The notes under the pieces were generated by a model. The model saw only the letters and a program-made list of their open reading frames with translations. It did no database searches and was not told where the DNA came from. Shown here in pieces: positions 27,668 through 40,540 of a DNA stretch of 64,000 bases; the first letter of the stretch is position 1; each line of letters begins with the position of its first letter. Source of the stretch: Phoronis australis (Eukaryota; Animalia; Phoronida). Where the stretch lies: the NCBI GenBank assembly GCA_002633005.1, contig NMRA01000375.1:39106-103105 (forward strand), read 5' to 3'. The translations under genes and the position numbers were made by a program.

Positions 27668-28977
27668 ATTTAACTACTAACCTTGTGCTACGAGACCTAT
27701 TTGTTTATGGTCCACAGCATTTGCGCGCGAAACCTACTTCTTTTTGTAATGCTTATTACACGTTTTATGTTTTGTGCAATCGGTTCTTAACAAATTTGTT
27801 GTATTTAAAATAGTCTTCAAATGCCCAAAAGACCAAATCCGTTTTTCGTATTGGCAATAATGACGGGATTGCTTTGGTTTGACAAAGAGAGAATTATGAG
27901 TTTCTGAGTGATTCACCAAAGCTTCGATTAAAATTAACATCTTACCAGCAGTTTCTGTTTTTTCATCGTCACTCAGGTTCCATTTTCTTTAAAAAGGGAA
28001 GTAAACTTTCTTCATTGCACACTGGAACAGACGACGGAAACGGAGTCGTAGTGCGCAGCGCCATTGCCGGTCGCCTGGGATATCGCGGGAGAGCTTATAC
28101 TTAGCCGTAGTTCTGTTACCAATGCGCCGTGCTCCGAATATGACACTTGAAATTGGATCTGAGCCCCCCTCCCCNNNNNNNNNNNNNNNCCCCCCAAACA
28201 CTAAAGCTGCACACATTTTAATCTTGTTTCATCCGTATAATTTTAATTAATAAACTCAACATTCCCCTACGCTCTTGCTGTTTGACTTTTTTTGCGGCAG
28301 CCAAGGGGGGGGGCTGGCCCCCTGCCCCCTCCCCCCTAAATCTGCCTATGAACACACACACTATATTGTGATTTTCTCAAAACGTAGTCAACATGTTGTC
28401 ATTAACGTCACTTCAACTACACACAGTAGTGATTTACACAGGAAACCAACAATATTATAGCATTTCTATTATAATATTAATATTTTAATACACATACCTC
28501 AAAATTGGTCTTACAAAAATATATAAATTTATTCATAGGGAAATCAACAAAACAAATCCATTGAAAATTTCCAACGAATTAATTTTGGAATGACTAAATC
28601 ATCACTGAATCATAGACAATGTATTGAGGACTGATTGACAGTATAACAGTCTCTCACAGGAAATCAACTACAATATGAAAGCAATTTCTACAATAATCAT
28701 AGACATGTAGGCCCCCTATTTTCATTCAAAATACTCATTGGTCAGAACAATTGTATGTAAGTATTACCCATTGACACTTAATATGATCATTTAAATCTAC
28801 CTAAACACTACAAAAATGTACTGGTTCTGTTAAAGATCCTTTTGAAATAACACAAATATAGAAAGAAATTTGAGGAAAAATGGTCAAAAACAAAACGTCA
28901 AAATACTATCACATCAGACAACTGCCAACCAAAGACTTTGTAAATCTGAATAAACTTCAGCACTGGACTTAATGATT

Positions 28978-29212
28978 TCATTCATGACGTTTCTGCTTGC
29001 TATGCCTGTAGAAGGAGGCATACTGTTTGCATGGCATGCCACATTCACCACAAAAAGGAGTGTCCTCGTGATGTGACGCAGTGTCGCATCAGGCTTACTC
29101 TTTCCGTGAAACGTTGTTCACAAATAGGGCACTCAATCGACTTGGTTCCTGAGCACGGTGCTTCATGCTGTGTTTTACTATATTGGTAAAAAAACTCTTG
29201 ACCCATGCAATG
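28978..29212 (-). pseudogene. C2H2 zinc-finger relic inside the CACTA-like element
   Basis: CMGQEFFYQYSKTQHEAPC-SGTKSIE-CPICEQRFTERVSLMRHCVTSRGH, then after a frameshift in a T run CGECGMPCKQYASFYRHSKQKRHE*. Confidence 0.65.
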
Positions 29213-29510
29213 CGTCAGTCACAGGGCTGGTAAAGGTCTCGCTTTGTTGTAGTGTCACTGTATTTCATTGTCATGTGGTCATACTAAGTCGATTTCTCAG
29301 TTCCTGAACGAGGCTCCACAACACACACACTCTGTTGTGACACGCAGCAGTTGTACTACTCTTTTTTGAAGGCGTGGACGTTAACACCCTGAAGGACTCA
29401 TCGTGTGGCTACACTATGAGTTCAACTGAAAAAAATCAAACGCATTCAGTTATGTTTGTTAGACTAAATCTCACTTTGAAACAATGATATGTAATTAAAG
29501 TCCTTCTCTC

Positions 29511-29682
29511 ACGCGTTGTTATAACCCTTATTACATGGTTAGAAGATGTTATAAGGATCCAAGAAGTACCTACCCCTACTAATACACGATTCGTACTCGA
29601 AAACAGTTCAAATGAACGCGTCACCTCACGATTCGCACCCGAAGAACCACCGCCATTTTGAACTTGCCGCGAACCCGGAAGT
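29511..29682. repeat. ~170-bp repeat with YY1-like and ETS-like motifs; second copy at 50621-50792
   Basis: Near-identical copies; contain CCGCCATTTT and CCGGAAGT. Confidence 0.8.
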
Positions 29683-32094
29683 NTAATTAACCCATCAACT
29701 AATTCAGGCTCCGTATTATTCTAAAATTATTGACATAATACCGTAACTTGAACGACTATTCAGGCCAATGCAGAGAAAAAATGTGCGTTCACGATCGCCA
29801 TAGAGAATTAACGACATCGTTCCCGATCGCTGTTTCACACAAGGACCTGCTTGTATTGGTAAATATCTCAAATTGTTTCACAAATCATAACTAACAAAGG
29901 TGTCACCAGGGACGATTAAACTATAAACGTCACACGTCTCTTCTTAAGAATCCTGGAATTGCTAATAACAGGTAGAAATTGTCAATTTTACGAGGCGCAA
30001 GGCATTTTACCGAAAGCCATTGCTTTCCGAGCTCTTTATTTAAAAAAAATAAGCAAAAGTCAAGTATTATTTCAGATCCACAACAAAGGTTACACCCTGA
30101 CGCTTTTCTGTGTGTAACATTCGTACCAAAGTGGCCTCTATTTAAGCAGAAAATGACACTTAAACTCACCGGGTACGCGACTGTCGTCTGCCATTTTTGG
30201 TGCAAGGTCTCGTTCTCGATCGCCTTCCGGGCGTTCTCGATCGCGGGTTGGCCGGAGTGTATCGTTTCACCTTCAAGTTACAACCCTCGCACCACTGTTT
30301 CCTTGCATTTAAATGTTACAACTTTTCATGCCACTTTTTAAATCCAGCACTATGAACCTTTTGGACGATTAGATTGTAAACTTGCCTAGTAAGCAACAAA
30401 GCATTGTCATGCAAACAGTATCAAAATTTACGGACCAAATAAAAAGTGTAAAACTTAGTTAAAGACAAAAAGTAGGAATTGGAAGGACCGCAGTTTGGAC
30501 AGCTTGAATGCTAGTATCTATGATTTGCGCAAAGGCAATGCTGTTGATGGTTTTAAAATGAACAAATATCGCCACTTTCACCCAAAGAATAATTTATTCC
30601 AAGAAAATCATCTTTTTTGATGGTCGTTCTTGGGAGCACATTATTTATGAGGAACAGAGAGTTGTTCGTGCCACACTCACTGAGTAGGGCAAGCTTTTTC
30701 ATGGACATTATTCTGACTTTTTGATTTCAAAGGGAGCAAAGCAGGCTTATTGATTTCTGTGATTTTGTGGGAAATACAAGCTGAACTCGGAATCTGCAAC
30801 AGGCGTGCCAGTGGAAAATACTAAAATTCGCATTAATACGCATAAATTCAGAAAATGTCTTGAGGGACGGCCAAACCTCTCGTTGGTTCTTCCATTCTCT
30901 TCACGCCGTCAGGTTTCAGTGCGCATGCGTTCAGGCATTGCCCGTGAAATTCGCATTTGAAAAAGGTCTTGCATCTGCGGAAAATTCAAAAGGCGTACTA
31001 TTGTTTGCCTGTTTTAAAAGTTTTAGCATGTCGTGGTTATTTACTAACTGTAATTCACTGAAATTTGATGCAGGTTGAAATTCGAAAAAATATATATTGT
31101 TCGACACTAAGACGAAGTCCACAAGAGAAATTTTACCACTTCGAAATTAACCTATAAGAGTTTCAATGTCGGTGAATTTTCTTCAAATGCCCTCAGCTTT
31201 ACATCATTTGTCTCCCAAACGGGAAAGTTCTGATAGCCCCTGTGGTGATCGGGGTGGGGGGGGGTGAAGTTGAAGACGTTCGGTCAGTGTGAGGGACAAA
31301 AATGGCGAGCTTTGGGACGAGCCAAAACGTTGGTAACCTGTCACCAGAGGGCGGCAAATTTTGAAGAAGTCGAATATGTATCTGTTTCTCAATAATGTTT
31401 ACCTTCCTACAGACTTGTTTGCATTTGTGTGCATTTCTCCCACCGGAACTTTTCCTTGCAGGCACCACGTGCCATGTTTTGATTTCCGGGAAACACTCGA
31501 CCCAGTTTTAGATTGGGAATTGTGACTGACTGACTCGATGAAAATTGTCCTTATGGGGGATTCCCATAACGTTGTCGCAGGACTCAGGTTATCTTTTAGC
31601 AGGATATTTTTCCAAACCACCCATCGTCATAGTCAAAATGTACGGAAGCCCAAGAGTGCCATTCTGACTATTTATATGACGAAATGATACTTTGGTAGTG
31701 CAGATGGTCAGCAACTGTCTCATGTGAGTTGATGAAATGCCGGGTGGCTTCAAATGTGGGTGATGGAAAATGAAAAGACCAATTTTACAACGGTAAGTGA
31801 CTCAAACTAAAACAGAAAGCATGGGTATAATGCCGCTTTAAACGGTTAGGCATAGCATTAAATTGAATGCCCATATGCCCGTCTACATCTACCATTATGT
31901 AACGGATAAGTCAAGTTTCACTCGTCTTGATGTTTTAAGCTCCTTGGTTTTGCTCAAGTGTTTTACGGATACATTTAGGCGCATGCACCTATTTGCGGAC
32001 ACGTGTTATATTTCATATCAATGAACCAAGGAGCAGTTGGGGAACAAAATGTTGACCTCAACGTGAATACATTACTATTATTGGTGTAATTACC

Positions 32095-32225
32095 GTTATC
32101 ATCATCGTAGTCATTGTTATTTCATTATCATAATCCCCATCATCATGCTCGTTATTGTAATTATCATCATCATCATCATCATTATCATTATCATCATTAT
32201 CATCAGCACCATCATCATCAGCACT

Positions 32226-32293
<68 letters not shown>

Positions 32294-32515
32294 TCTCATC
32301 ATCATTATAATTATGACCATTAACCAACCGTCACCATCACCAACAACGTCATCTTAATCATGATCGTCGTTGTCGTTGTTGTTGTTATAATCCTTATTAC
32401 TATCAGCAGTATTTATCCTAGTCTTAGTCTTAGTCTCAGTGTTATTCTTTTTAGTATTGTCGTCGTTGTCGTCGTCGTCGTTGTTGTTGTCGTACATGTA
32501 GTTGTTATTTTTGTG
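32095..32515. repeat. Compound trinucleotide microsatellite (CAT)n / (GTT,GTC)n
   Basis: Long catcatcat run followed by gtt/gtc runs; explains the homopolymer ORFs in the track. Confidence 0.97.
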
Positions 32516-33847
32516 ACTTTTGCTGCAGCTAAAGTTATACAATGAATCCAAACTTCCAGAAATGTATGGACAATAAACAAAAAAGTAATTCTACAGGCAC
32601 TGGTATGCCATTTAGGCTAATCACTGGTGACGTTTACAAATTTTCGTATCTGGTGGCCGCATTTCCCTCAAGAGATGCCAACATGCAATATAATTACAGG
32701 CCAGAAGACGTTTACGACTAAGTAATTCATGTTTCGGTATCTTTTGTGTATTCAAAACCAATTACATTGGATTCATTTCCACCAAACGTGATCGCAATTT
32801 AAATTACAAGTACCGGTATTAGTTTTAACCGTCGTATTCCTATTTGCTTCGTCTTACATAGGTGGCGTGGAAGTATCGTGTTTCATGTGAAACTGTCCTG
32901 TTAATTGGAACCGGTGAGTAAACAGACGGTGGACGCAAAGCGGCCAATTCGACACTTGTCAATTTTTTAGACGCAATACCGGAAAACTAAGGAAAATATT
33001 GATTTTAGCTCAACGTTGTGCCCTACTGATATATTTACTGGCTCTTGGAGTGTGCAGATCTTTACATTTTGTTTTACCTAAGTGCACCATGCTAAGCGTG
33101 TTGTCATCACTTATGTGAAACACATGGGCTTATGTTGGAAAGCACCCGCCAGTGTTTCCACAACTATCGTATCTAACATGATATGGAAAACTGAAGACCT
33201 CTCCCAGTCTCAATAATTGTAGTTTTGTATTCCTGAAATAGGTATGAACTAACTTTAATGAAGTTTGTAAACTGTAAAGAAATTTTAATGTCTTCAAAGA
33301 ATTAAGATGGTCTGGAGACGTCTAAGGCGATTTTGCAAAAAATGGAAAATATTCTCTATTTCATAGAACTTATGTCTTGAATTATTTTAATCTTGCATTT
33401 CGGTATAGATTACGACATACGTAATTTGAAATCACATTTGTCAAAATACTACCTGAATTCCAAACTTTCTTATGGCTTGTTCACGCCAGTCTTCGTTGCG
33501 GATTTTTTCTCCGAATATTTATCGCACAAGGACAAAAACCTCGGAATTATTAGCTGTGTTCACCTGAGTAAAAAATTTACGAAAAAGGTTTTGGAAAGTA
33601 ATTCCTCAAAAGACTCGCACAAACAGGTCTTTTGCCTTCAACAGCCTCTGATAAGAGAACAAGCAACAGCGCCGATTTCTGTCTCGGTCACCAAAAGCAA
33701 TCATCAAACAGGCCCGTTGGAAGGCAAAAATTATTGGGGGGGACACAAACCATTTCGACTTCGCCAAACCCCCCTCCCCCTCGCCCCCGTGCTCCCGATG
33801 CCACCATACGTGTACCGAATCTCCCACGTTCGCCCTACGTGGGTGCA

Positions 33848-34010
33848 CAGTGGCGGATTTAGAGGTGGCCAAGGGGTCATGACCTCCCTAAAATTCTCCC
33901 AGATTCCATTTGGCAGTTCGGGGATGCGAATTTCTGACAGGTAAAACCCTGGCTAATACTCTTCCCTGCCCCACCCCCCCCCCCAATTCAAAATCTTGGA
34001 TCCGCCCCTG
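33848..34010. mobile_element. MITE (CAG-GGCGGAT TIR family)
   Basis: cagtggcggattt ... ggatccgcccctg; inverted relative of 12325-12478. Confidence 0.75.
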
Positions 34011-34720
34011 GGACAATCCCGGGGTTGAATCCATCAAGAGTTGAGTAACCGTGAACCAACACAGAAAGAATGGGCCTGGGACCAGTAAACTGACCGGTAG
34101 TGAGGAGCTGCCTCAAGTAGCTATAGCTGAGATTAACAGTGTGAAAATACAAAATTCCCGATGAACTAAAACTAGTTGCCGGTCAACTCAGCTGTGATTC
34201 ACTTGAGACAGGCAACTCGTACCGGTCGCCTGCGCTCGCTTTAAGGCCAAGATTCGTTTTATTGTGATCCAGTTTCGGGAAAACTTTATTTTATTATGGT
34301 CATTTTTTGAGGATTTTTTTTGAAAAAGTGAGGTCCCGAAGTCCCTGGTATAGTGTGTTTGGGACTTTTTCAAAATGCCTAGTTGAAACACGACCGGTAG
34401 TCCAGTTACTGGTGCGCTGGGGAAAAGGATAGTGTGTCCCAAAAATGTATACAATTCCTGAACGCCTGGAGTTCAAATTCAGTTTCCGTGGATCACTGAG
34501 ACACTGCGCGGGCCTACTGCATGATTACATCTTATTTTAACGTGGGTACTTCAGTCATTACGTCAACGAGGACTAAAAAAAAACGGGGCCACGAGGTTCA
34601 GGCCCGAGAACTGTGTGCATCTGCGCTGATTTCCCGTGGATTTTGTGGATTTAGACCAGTGAAATCGTTGCAGAGGTGCATTTTTTCATCCGAACAAAAT
34701 TATTTTCTAAAACAAAAACA

Positions 34721-35511
34721 GGTAATTGTTTACATTATGACGACAATGACTCAGACATATGATTTTGGTATCGTTCGATTCCTCGCAATGTTATCTTTCC
34801 AAATATACACAGATATTTCTCCTACCCCGTTCCCTTAGTATTTTATCGTGAAATTTCTGCTCGCACTATTTCCTGGTACTCGGTAGTAATACCGCCACGT
34901 TGAATGGATAAGGAGTCACCTGGCGGTCAAAAACTGAACTAATCTACCGACTTGCAGATCGTCGCTTTTCATAAGTTCAAATTGACCGAGACCCGTCAAT
35001 CCCCTGCCCGAGTTACGGAACCAAGGGTACGAATTTGATCCTAGGTGACAATGATATACGCATCTGCTAGCAAGAATCCGCCAAAAAGCGGAGGTTGTTT
35101 TTGAGGTCCAAATTTGTGAAAAGAGTATCACTTCAGACAATTTCGTGGAAACATGGTCAAATGGTCACAATTCTAAAAAAAATGGAAAAGGTAAAATGCT
35201 TCTACTTGTTCATCCATATAATGTCAGGAACTAACTTTAGCGGGAATCTCGCGCGGGTAAACACCATGATTCAGAATCAATGATGCTGTTTCATTCATTA
35301 ACAATAGTTGTCTCTGTAATCTTGAGTTGAGCTAACATGGCGGTGTCCACCGGGAAATAGTGCTAACTGAAATTCGACGATAAAATATGCAGGAAACGCG
35401 GTAGGGGATCATTTCATATATTTTTGGAAAGATGATGGCGCGAGGAATCGAACGATACCAAAATCATATGTGTACACGTAAGTCATTGTCGTCATATTGT
35501 AAACAATTACC
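34721..35511. mobile_element. MULE/hAT-like non-autonomous element with ~165-bp TIRs and 8-bp TSD
   Basis: ggtaattgtttaca ... tgtaaacaattacc; caaaaaca on both flanks. Confidence 0.8.
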
Positions 35512-36152
35512 CAAAAACATATAAATATCTTTTGCATTCACAGGTACTCCTTAAAATTTGTGCACAAATATGCTTTCGTAGTTTTCTCAGTATGTGAACC
35601 ATAAATCACAAACTGTCCGGAAAGTATGCAGCTATTGTGCAAGCGGACGCCAAAATCAGTCAGGACCGAAGTTAGAATTTTGCAATTAATGACCAGTAGC
35701 ATTGCCAAAAATACTCACGGTACGAGCAGTTCTATTATTGGAAGAATTTGAACAGCGTTTCAATGCCGAATTTTTTTTTTCGTTGTAATGGACAGTAAAG
35801 TAGATGGGAGAATTTCCCGTTGCAATACACTAACAGGAAACTGCACCAGATAATTTAAGAGAGTGGCGCCTCCTCTTGGATAGCACGGAAGAAAACGTCG
35901 GAGTTGCGAATCTGTTGTCTATAATCTATGGTGCCACTCTCCTAAATTTTCAGGTGCAGTTTCCGGTTAGTGGATTTTAATGAGAAATATTTACATCTAC
36001 TTTACGAAAAAATATTAATTTCGGCATTGAAACGCTGTTGAAAGTCTTTCAATAGTAGAAGTGTTGGTATCGTGAGTACTTTTGGCAATGCTACAAAATT
36101 TTAACTTCGGTGTCGACTGATTATGTCGTCTGCTTGCCCAATAGCATAGCAG

Positions 36153-37931
36153 CAAGGAGTGTAGTAAAATGGGTGAGTTCACTTGTGAGTTCGGTGTTAC
36201 CGCTACTACTAGCGCCGCCAAGTGGTGACTAAGCAACTGTCAACTAGGAAGCGCCAAAACAATGGGAAAGGACGCATTTTGCAGTGCGATAAATTGCATG
36301 AATTCATCCACGAAAACCCCAGACGTGTCAATTTTTAGATTTCCTAATGATCCAGAAAGGTAAGGATTATCTGTTATTGGCTTTCATTTTGTGTGTTCTG
36401 TTCACGGTTGTTAGACAGTTAGTAAAAATCTGGTTTTTTACTAAGATTGGTCAGATTGAAACATTTTGTGAATGGTTAGCCTGTGATTTGGAGAGAGCCA
36501 AAGTCAAACTGATGGATCATTCAGAGTCTGAATGGTGGGCTGAAATTTTGTTAAACCCAAGCTATCCGTATCATTTTGCTTCTCGATGACAAACACCTCT
36601 GTGAGTAAATTAGTTTTCAGCTTTATTTATAACGTATTTCTTTGGCGAAAAGTGCTGTTGTTTACTAAATAATTAATAGAGAGTTAACAGGGTTGGTCAG
36701 ATTTTCTTGTTGTATTGGTTGGTGTATGCGTTGTAGGTTTTTGGAGATTGTGATTAATTTAAACCCCGGTTGTGGCTAGGAATCAGATATGATCTTGTGG
36801 TCTGGCTTTAACTTACATGAAATATTTACTGTTATTTATCATAGGAACAGTGGGTATACAAAGTAAAACTTTGGTTTTATCATCCAAGTCTTTTTAATTC
36901 AGATTTGTATGAAGCTATGTGAGTAGTGAATATTTTGGTTGCTGTTCAGTACCTCTTAATTTTTTGTCATGACATTTTGAACTTTGACTAGTTATGATTG
37001 ATGATATACTCAATGTCACTGTTTTGTAAGTGAGCTATTCTACAGATTAGCAACTGACTTGTAACTGTTGGTGAGTGGAAAAGTGTGATTGAGTTTACCC
37101 TACACTGGCATGTCTAAGAAATAATGAAATGTTCTAAAATTGTATTACGATTTTGTGGTAGTGATGAATTGCCTTGCTTTCTTCTTCTCACTTATGTAAC
37201 TCCCACTGCACAGAGTAATTGTCTGCATTGCTAGTAGCCTGGTGAACACATGCGAAATTGTTGGGTGGAGATGAAACCAGTAGTGAGCTGGGAGCAACAT
37301 GTTTGTCAATTGTCAGGGGAGCAATCAAAATGTGGGTGATGATGGGAGGGGCTCAACACCCATGTGGCATACATACCCATTGGTTTTTACCTGTTTAGCA
37401 GTCCTCCCATGTAAGCTCCCTGGGAGGGGGTCAACACCCATTTGGCACCCACCTGGTTTTTGCCTGGTACCCCCTTAGCTGGCACCTGGGGGGAATTCCC
37501 CTCTGAACCCCCAGGAGCAATCATTCAAATTATGTAGTCCATGGAGGTATGAACTGTTATAAGGAACGATAATTGCCTTGTTAAGGACTCAAGCATGAAA
37601 CAAAACCATGATGGATTTTGAAGGGAGCTTCAAGAGAATAAGAACAAATACACTTTAATATTGATTAAAATACACATTTTCTTTCTCATTCGATTGTAAG
37701 TGGATGTTAGTTTATGTATTCTAACCATTTTCAATTACACAGTAATTTAGTAATTTTATTGCACGTTGAGTGTCATTAAAGTATGAATTTATGAGTGTTT
37801 ACATTGTTTGGACTGTGCTCCTAACTAAGTGTTGATTACTCACCGCTTGGAGCGCTAGTGTTTCGACCGGTAACCATTGCGGCGAATGGTAAAATGGCGA
37901 AGGGAACTCTCTTGTATTAGTACACTCCATG
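36153..37931 (+). mobile_element. P-element-like DNA transposon (internally deleted)
   Basis: Termini caaggagtgtagtaa / ttagtacactccatg; 7-bp TSD atagcag/ataacag (one mismatch); THAP first exon inside. Confidence 0.75.
36262..36359 (+). pseudogene. THAP-domain first exon of a P-like transposase
   Basis: ATG..MGKDAFCSAINCMNSSTKTPDVSIFRFPNDPE(R)|gtaagg: THAP C-x4-C...FRFP pattern with a phase-2 donor; downstream exons not found. Confidence 0.75.
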
Positions 37932-38225
37932 ATAACAGCATAGTTATCGGACAGTTTGTGATTTATGGTTCACATAGGCCTACTGAGAAAACTACGAAAG
38001 CATGTTTGTGCACAAATTCCAAGAAGTATTTATGAATGAAAAAGATACTTATATAACGTTTTTGGTTTAGAAAAATATTAATTTTTTTTCGAATTAAAAA
38101 ATGCGCCACTGCAGCGATTTGACTAGTTCAACCTTTCCACGTTTATAATTCAACATTCTCAAGTGAGCAGTTCTTGTGGGAAGTGTTGAGTGGCCCTTAA
38201 AAGGGACGTTGGTTATCCTGTGAAT

Positions 38226-38558
38226 TCAACATAAATCACACAGTATACCGTGCTCACTCAAGTACTGAAGGTCCTCTTCATTCAAGTTTTCATCAGGGAA
38301 GGTTGGATGAAAACAGAGGAGATGGCAATATCGATGACAATTGTAACACCTTATATAAATGTTACCGTTCTCCAAAGTTATCACGAACCCTGCCTCTTTC
38401 AGTTCTTGTTCCTGGATTCAGAAGTAACCCTGAACCGTAGGGAAAAAAGACATACAACAAAAACGAATCAAATTTTGAAAATCATCGCCTTCGTACGATT
38501 CCGTGTTGCTGTCGCCAGGCTGATGTTCCTCCCCAACATCAATGTCGAAAATCGACAT
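38226..38558 (-). pseudogene. Small PHD-finger-like ORF with one internal stop
   Basis: MSIFDIDVGEEH...FCCMSFFPTVQGYF*IQEQELKEAGF...YIRCYNCHRYCHLLCFHP...GILCDLC*; CxxC-x3-HxxC...CxxC spacing. Confidence 0.5.
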
Positions 38559-40349
38559 TACAAGTGATGGAAACTTGTGTCCTTTGTTTCTAACTTTTAA
38601 CCCATTTTTTAAGAAAAGAATGTACTGATTTTGTCTAATGTTGATAGAGCATAACTTTTGGTTTTTACAATGCATTAATTGTGTTGAATGCATTCATATT
38701 AAGTGGCTTCACTGAGTTGAACAGAAAATAAATTAAATGGAACACAATAAAGTTTTGAAAATAAATAGAGCACTAACAGCACTCCCTAAGAATCGAGATG
38801 TTTTCGAAAACTTTGCGCCATTGGTGATCTGATTGGTTCATGCATTTACGGCGGGAAAATAATAGACCAAGTATCGTGCACGTGTGCAAAGTAGTAACAC
38901 TTTGTATCTTATTCTTATTTGGCCAATCTGTTGATACAATAAATTTCCTTATTTATGCCCATCCTGATTTGACTGCAACTTGAGCTTGTTGGGTTCTATC
39001 ATATACTGAGTTGGCATAGGGACCCACATGGTGCTTACTCGAATGGGCTTCATTTTAACAACTGTTTCAAATTGTGTAGGTGAAGTAAATAAACAAAGTG
39101 GGTAATTATCATCACCGGAATTTCATCATTAGTATCGTGCGGGGTGCTCAAATTTTCTGAGACTAGGGATTGTCAGATTTGTAAGGTAGAAGTGTTTCGC
39201 TGGATTTCCAGGTCTGTGGCGTTATTTACACCGGACCAAAATGAAAAAAAACGAGACCTTTTTTTTAAATCAGGAGCTGCATGATACACGTTTTACCAGA
39301 CATGTGGGCCCATTGCACTGGAACCATTTTTATGGTTTATTAATATGTATTTAAACCAAGCTGAGGAGCTTGAAACCTGATTCACGGCAATTTTTGGCAG
39401 TGGGATTTTCTGAAAAATGCTAGTAACTTAACTACAAAGTTTGATAGCAATGCACAGCAGTTTTGTAAAAACTCTGTCATAGGTTACAGATGCGTCACGG
39501 AGCTTAAATTTGTTCAGTTCTAGCTTACGATTTCAGCTGTTTCGGAGACCGGGTTTTAACCACTTTTGGGCTATAATAAGCGCCCCCCCCCCTTCCTGAA
39601 GCGGATTTTTCTGAGCGCCCTGGCCGCTTATTAGGGCGAATACGGTAATATTTCAGAAGGGTAATATTTAGTATCCTTCATGCACGGGACCATTTTGTTA
39701 CATTAGGAGTGGGATTGGCTCATTATATACCCTACAGGTGGCATAGGACTTTACAAAACTGGTTGAAGAATTTGGTTTTCGTCATAAACGTTCGTTTGAA
39801 AGGCTTAAGTTTGGAAATGTTAGGACTTAAGGCAGAAATTTAAAAACCATTTGTCCGCTTACAAAAATTTAACATCGAAGAATAAAAACAACCTTCACAC
39901 CCCTCTGGTGTTCCTGTTCCATGTTTTCAAAGAAGTTGGTTGCATTTTCATAGACTGCAGTAGAGAGATTTTGTGCGGCATATATATGACATGAAATGAG
40001 TGTGTAACCTGCTGTTGAATTGCGAGATAGATTTTGACTGGTCTAGGTGGTTATTTCTGAAGTAATAATGTAATGTATATTTATGTTAAAGGTTTTACCA
40101 GCGTTCTATTTATTCGTACACGAATGTGAATTTGTTGAAGTCGCTGATCTAAATCCTGGCCAAATGTGCGCATTCTGCTGAGACCAACGGTCTGATCAGG
40201 GCCAGCGAAGAGTAATTCGGTTAATTCGCTCACTAGACTATGGCTGAAGTTCCTAGTAAGGACAAGAGTTCACGAGTCACTACCTTTGGAAGAAATTTAG
40301 CGGACAATTTTCGCAAAAAGTTTACCAGATAGTTTTCATCAAAACGGAG

Positions 40350-40500
40350 AAAACAAAAATGGATTTGTGAAGACAGGATTAAGTAGTAGGCCTACCAGAG
40401 CCTCTTAAAAAACGTTCATCTTCAAAGTGCCTTGAACAAATGTATAAAGTCTTATTGCTGAAACAACTACCATTCACGTTGACACCTGGTGCCTTTTTGT
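40350..40500 (-). pseudogene. THAP-domain C-terminal half, truncated at the Ngaro junction
   Basis: NKTLYICSRHFEDERFLRGSGRPTT/(frameshift)NPVFT: CSxHF followed by GxPT..NP. Confidence 0.45.
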
Positions 40501-40540
40501 ATCGTTATATCCTACCTTACACCTCGTTCTAAATATTCAT

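Larger units (their letters stand above)
26128..30259. mobile_element. ~4.1-kb non-autonomous DNA transposon with CACTC termini (CACTA/CMC-like)
   Basis: ~50-bp TIRs (taccccggccaacccgcgatcgagaacgaccggaaggcgatcgagaacga / tcgttctcgatcgccttccgggcgttctcgatcgcgggttggccggagtg); subterminal GCGATCG(A/G)GAACG repeats on both sides. TSD not clear; no transposase recognised. Confidence 0.7.
34583..38200. mobile_element. Foldback (long palindromic) element, Kolobok-like end (GTGGCCC-TTAA), carrying two nested insertions
   Basis: Arms mirror each other around ~35900 (e.g. gaacagcgtttcaatgccgaa / ttcggcattgaaacgctgttg; tgtgaaccataaatcacaaactgtccg / cggacagtttgtgatttatggttcaca) once the inserts are removed. 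Confidence 0.7.

Noticed and set aside
28175-28189. N run (single Ns also at 29683 and 46717)
   Set aside because: Assembly gaps/ambiguities; they make the length of the CACTA-like element and the Gypsy 5' truncation uncertain but are not biological features.
32058-32551. Poly-His/Asp/Met/Ile/Val ORFs
   Set aside because: Translations of a (CAT)n/(GTT)n microsatellite in all frames.
33393-33944. 183-aa ORF
   Set aside because: TTG start, no recognisable domain, and runs into MITE sequence.
38418-38420. In-frame TGA as selenocysteine/readthrough
   Set aside because: The surrounding cassette has many disablements and no SECIS was recognised; a nonsense mutation is simpler.
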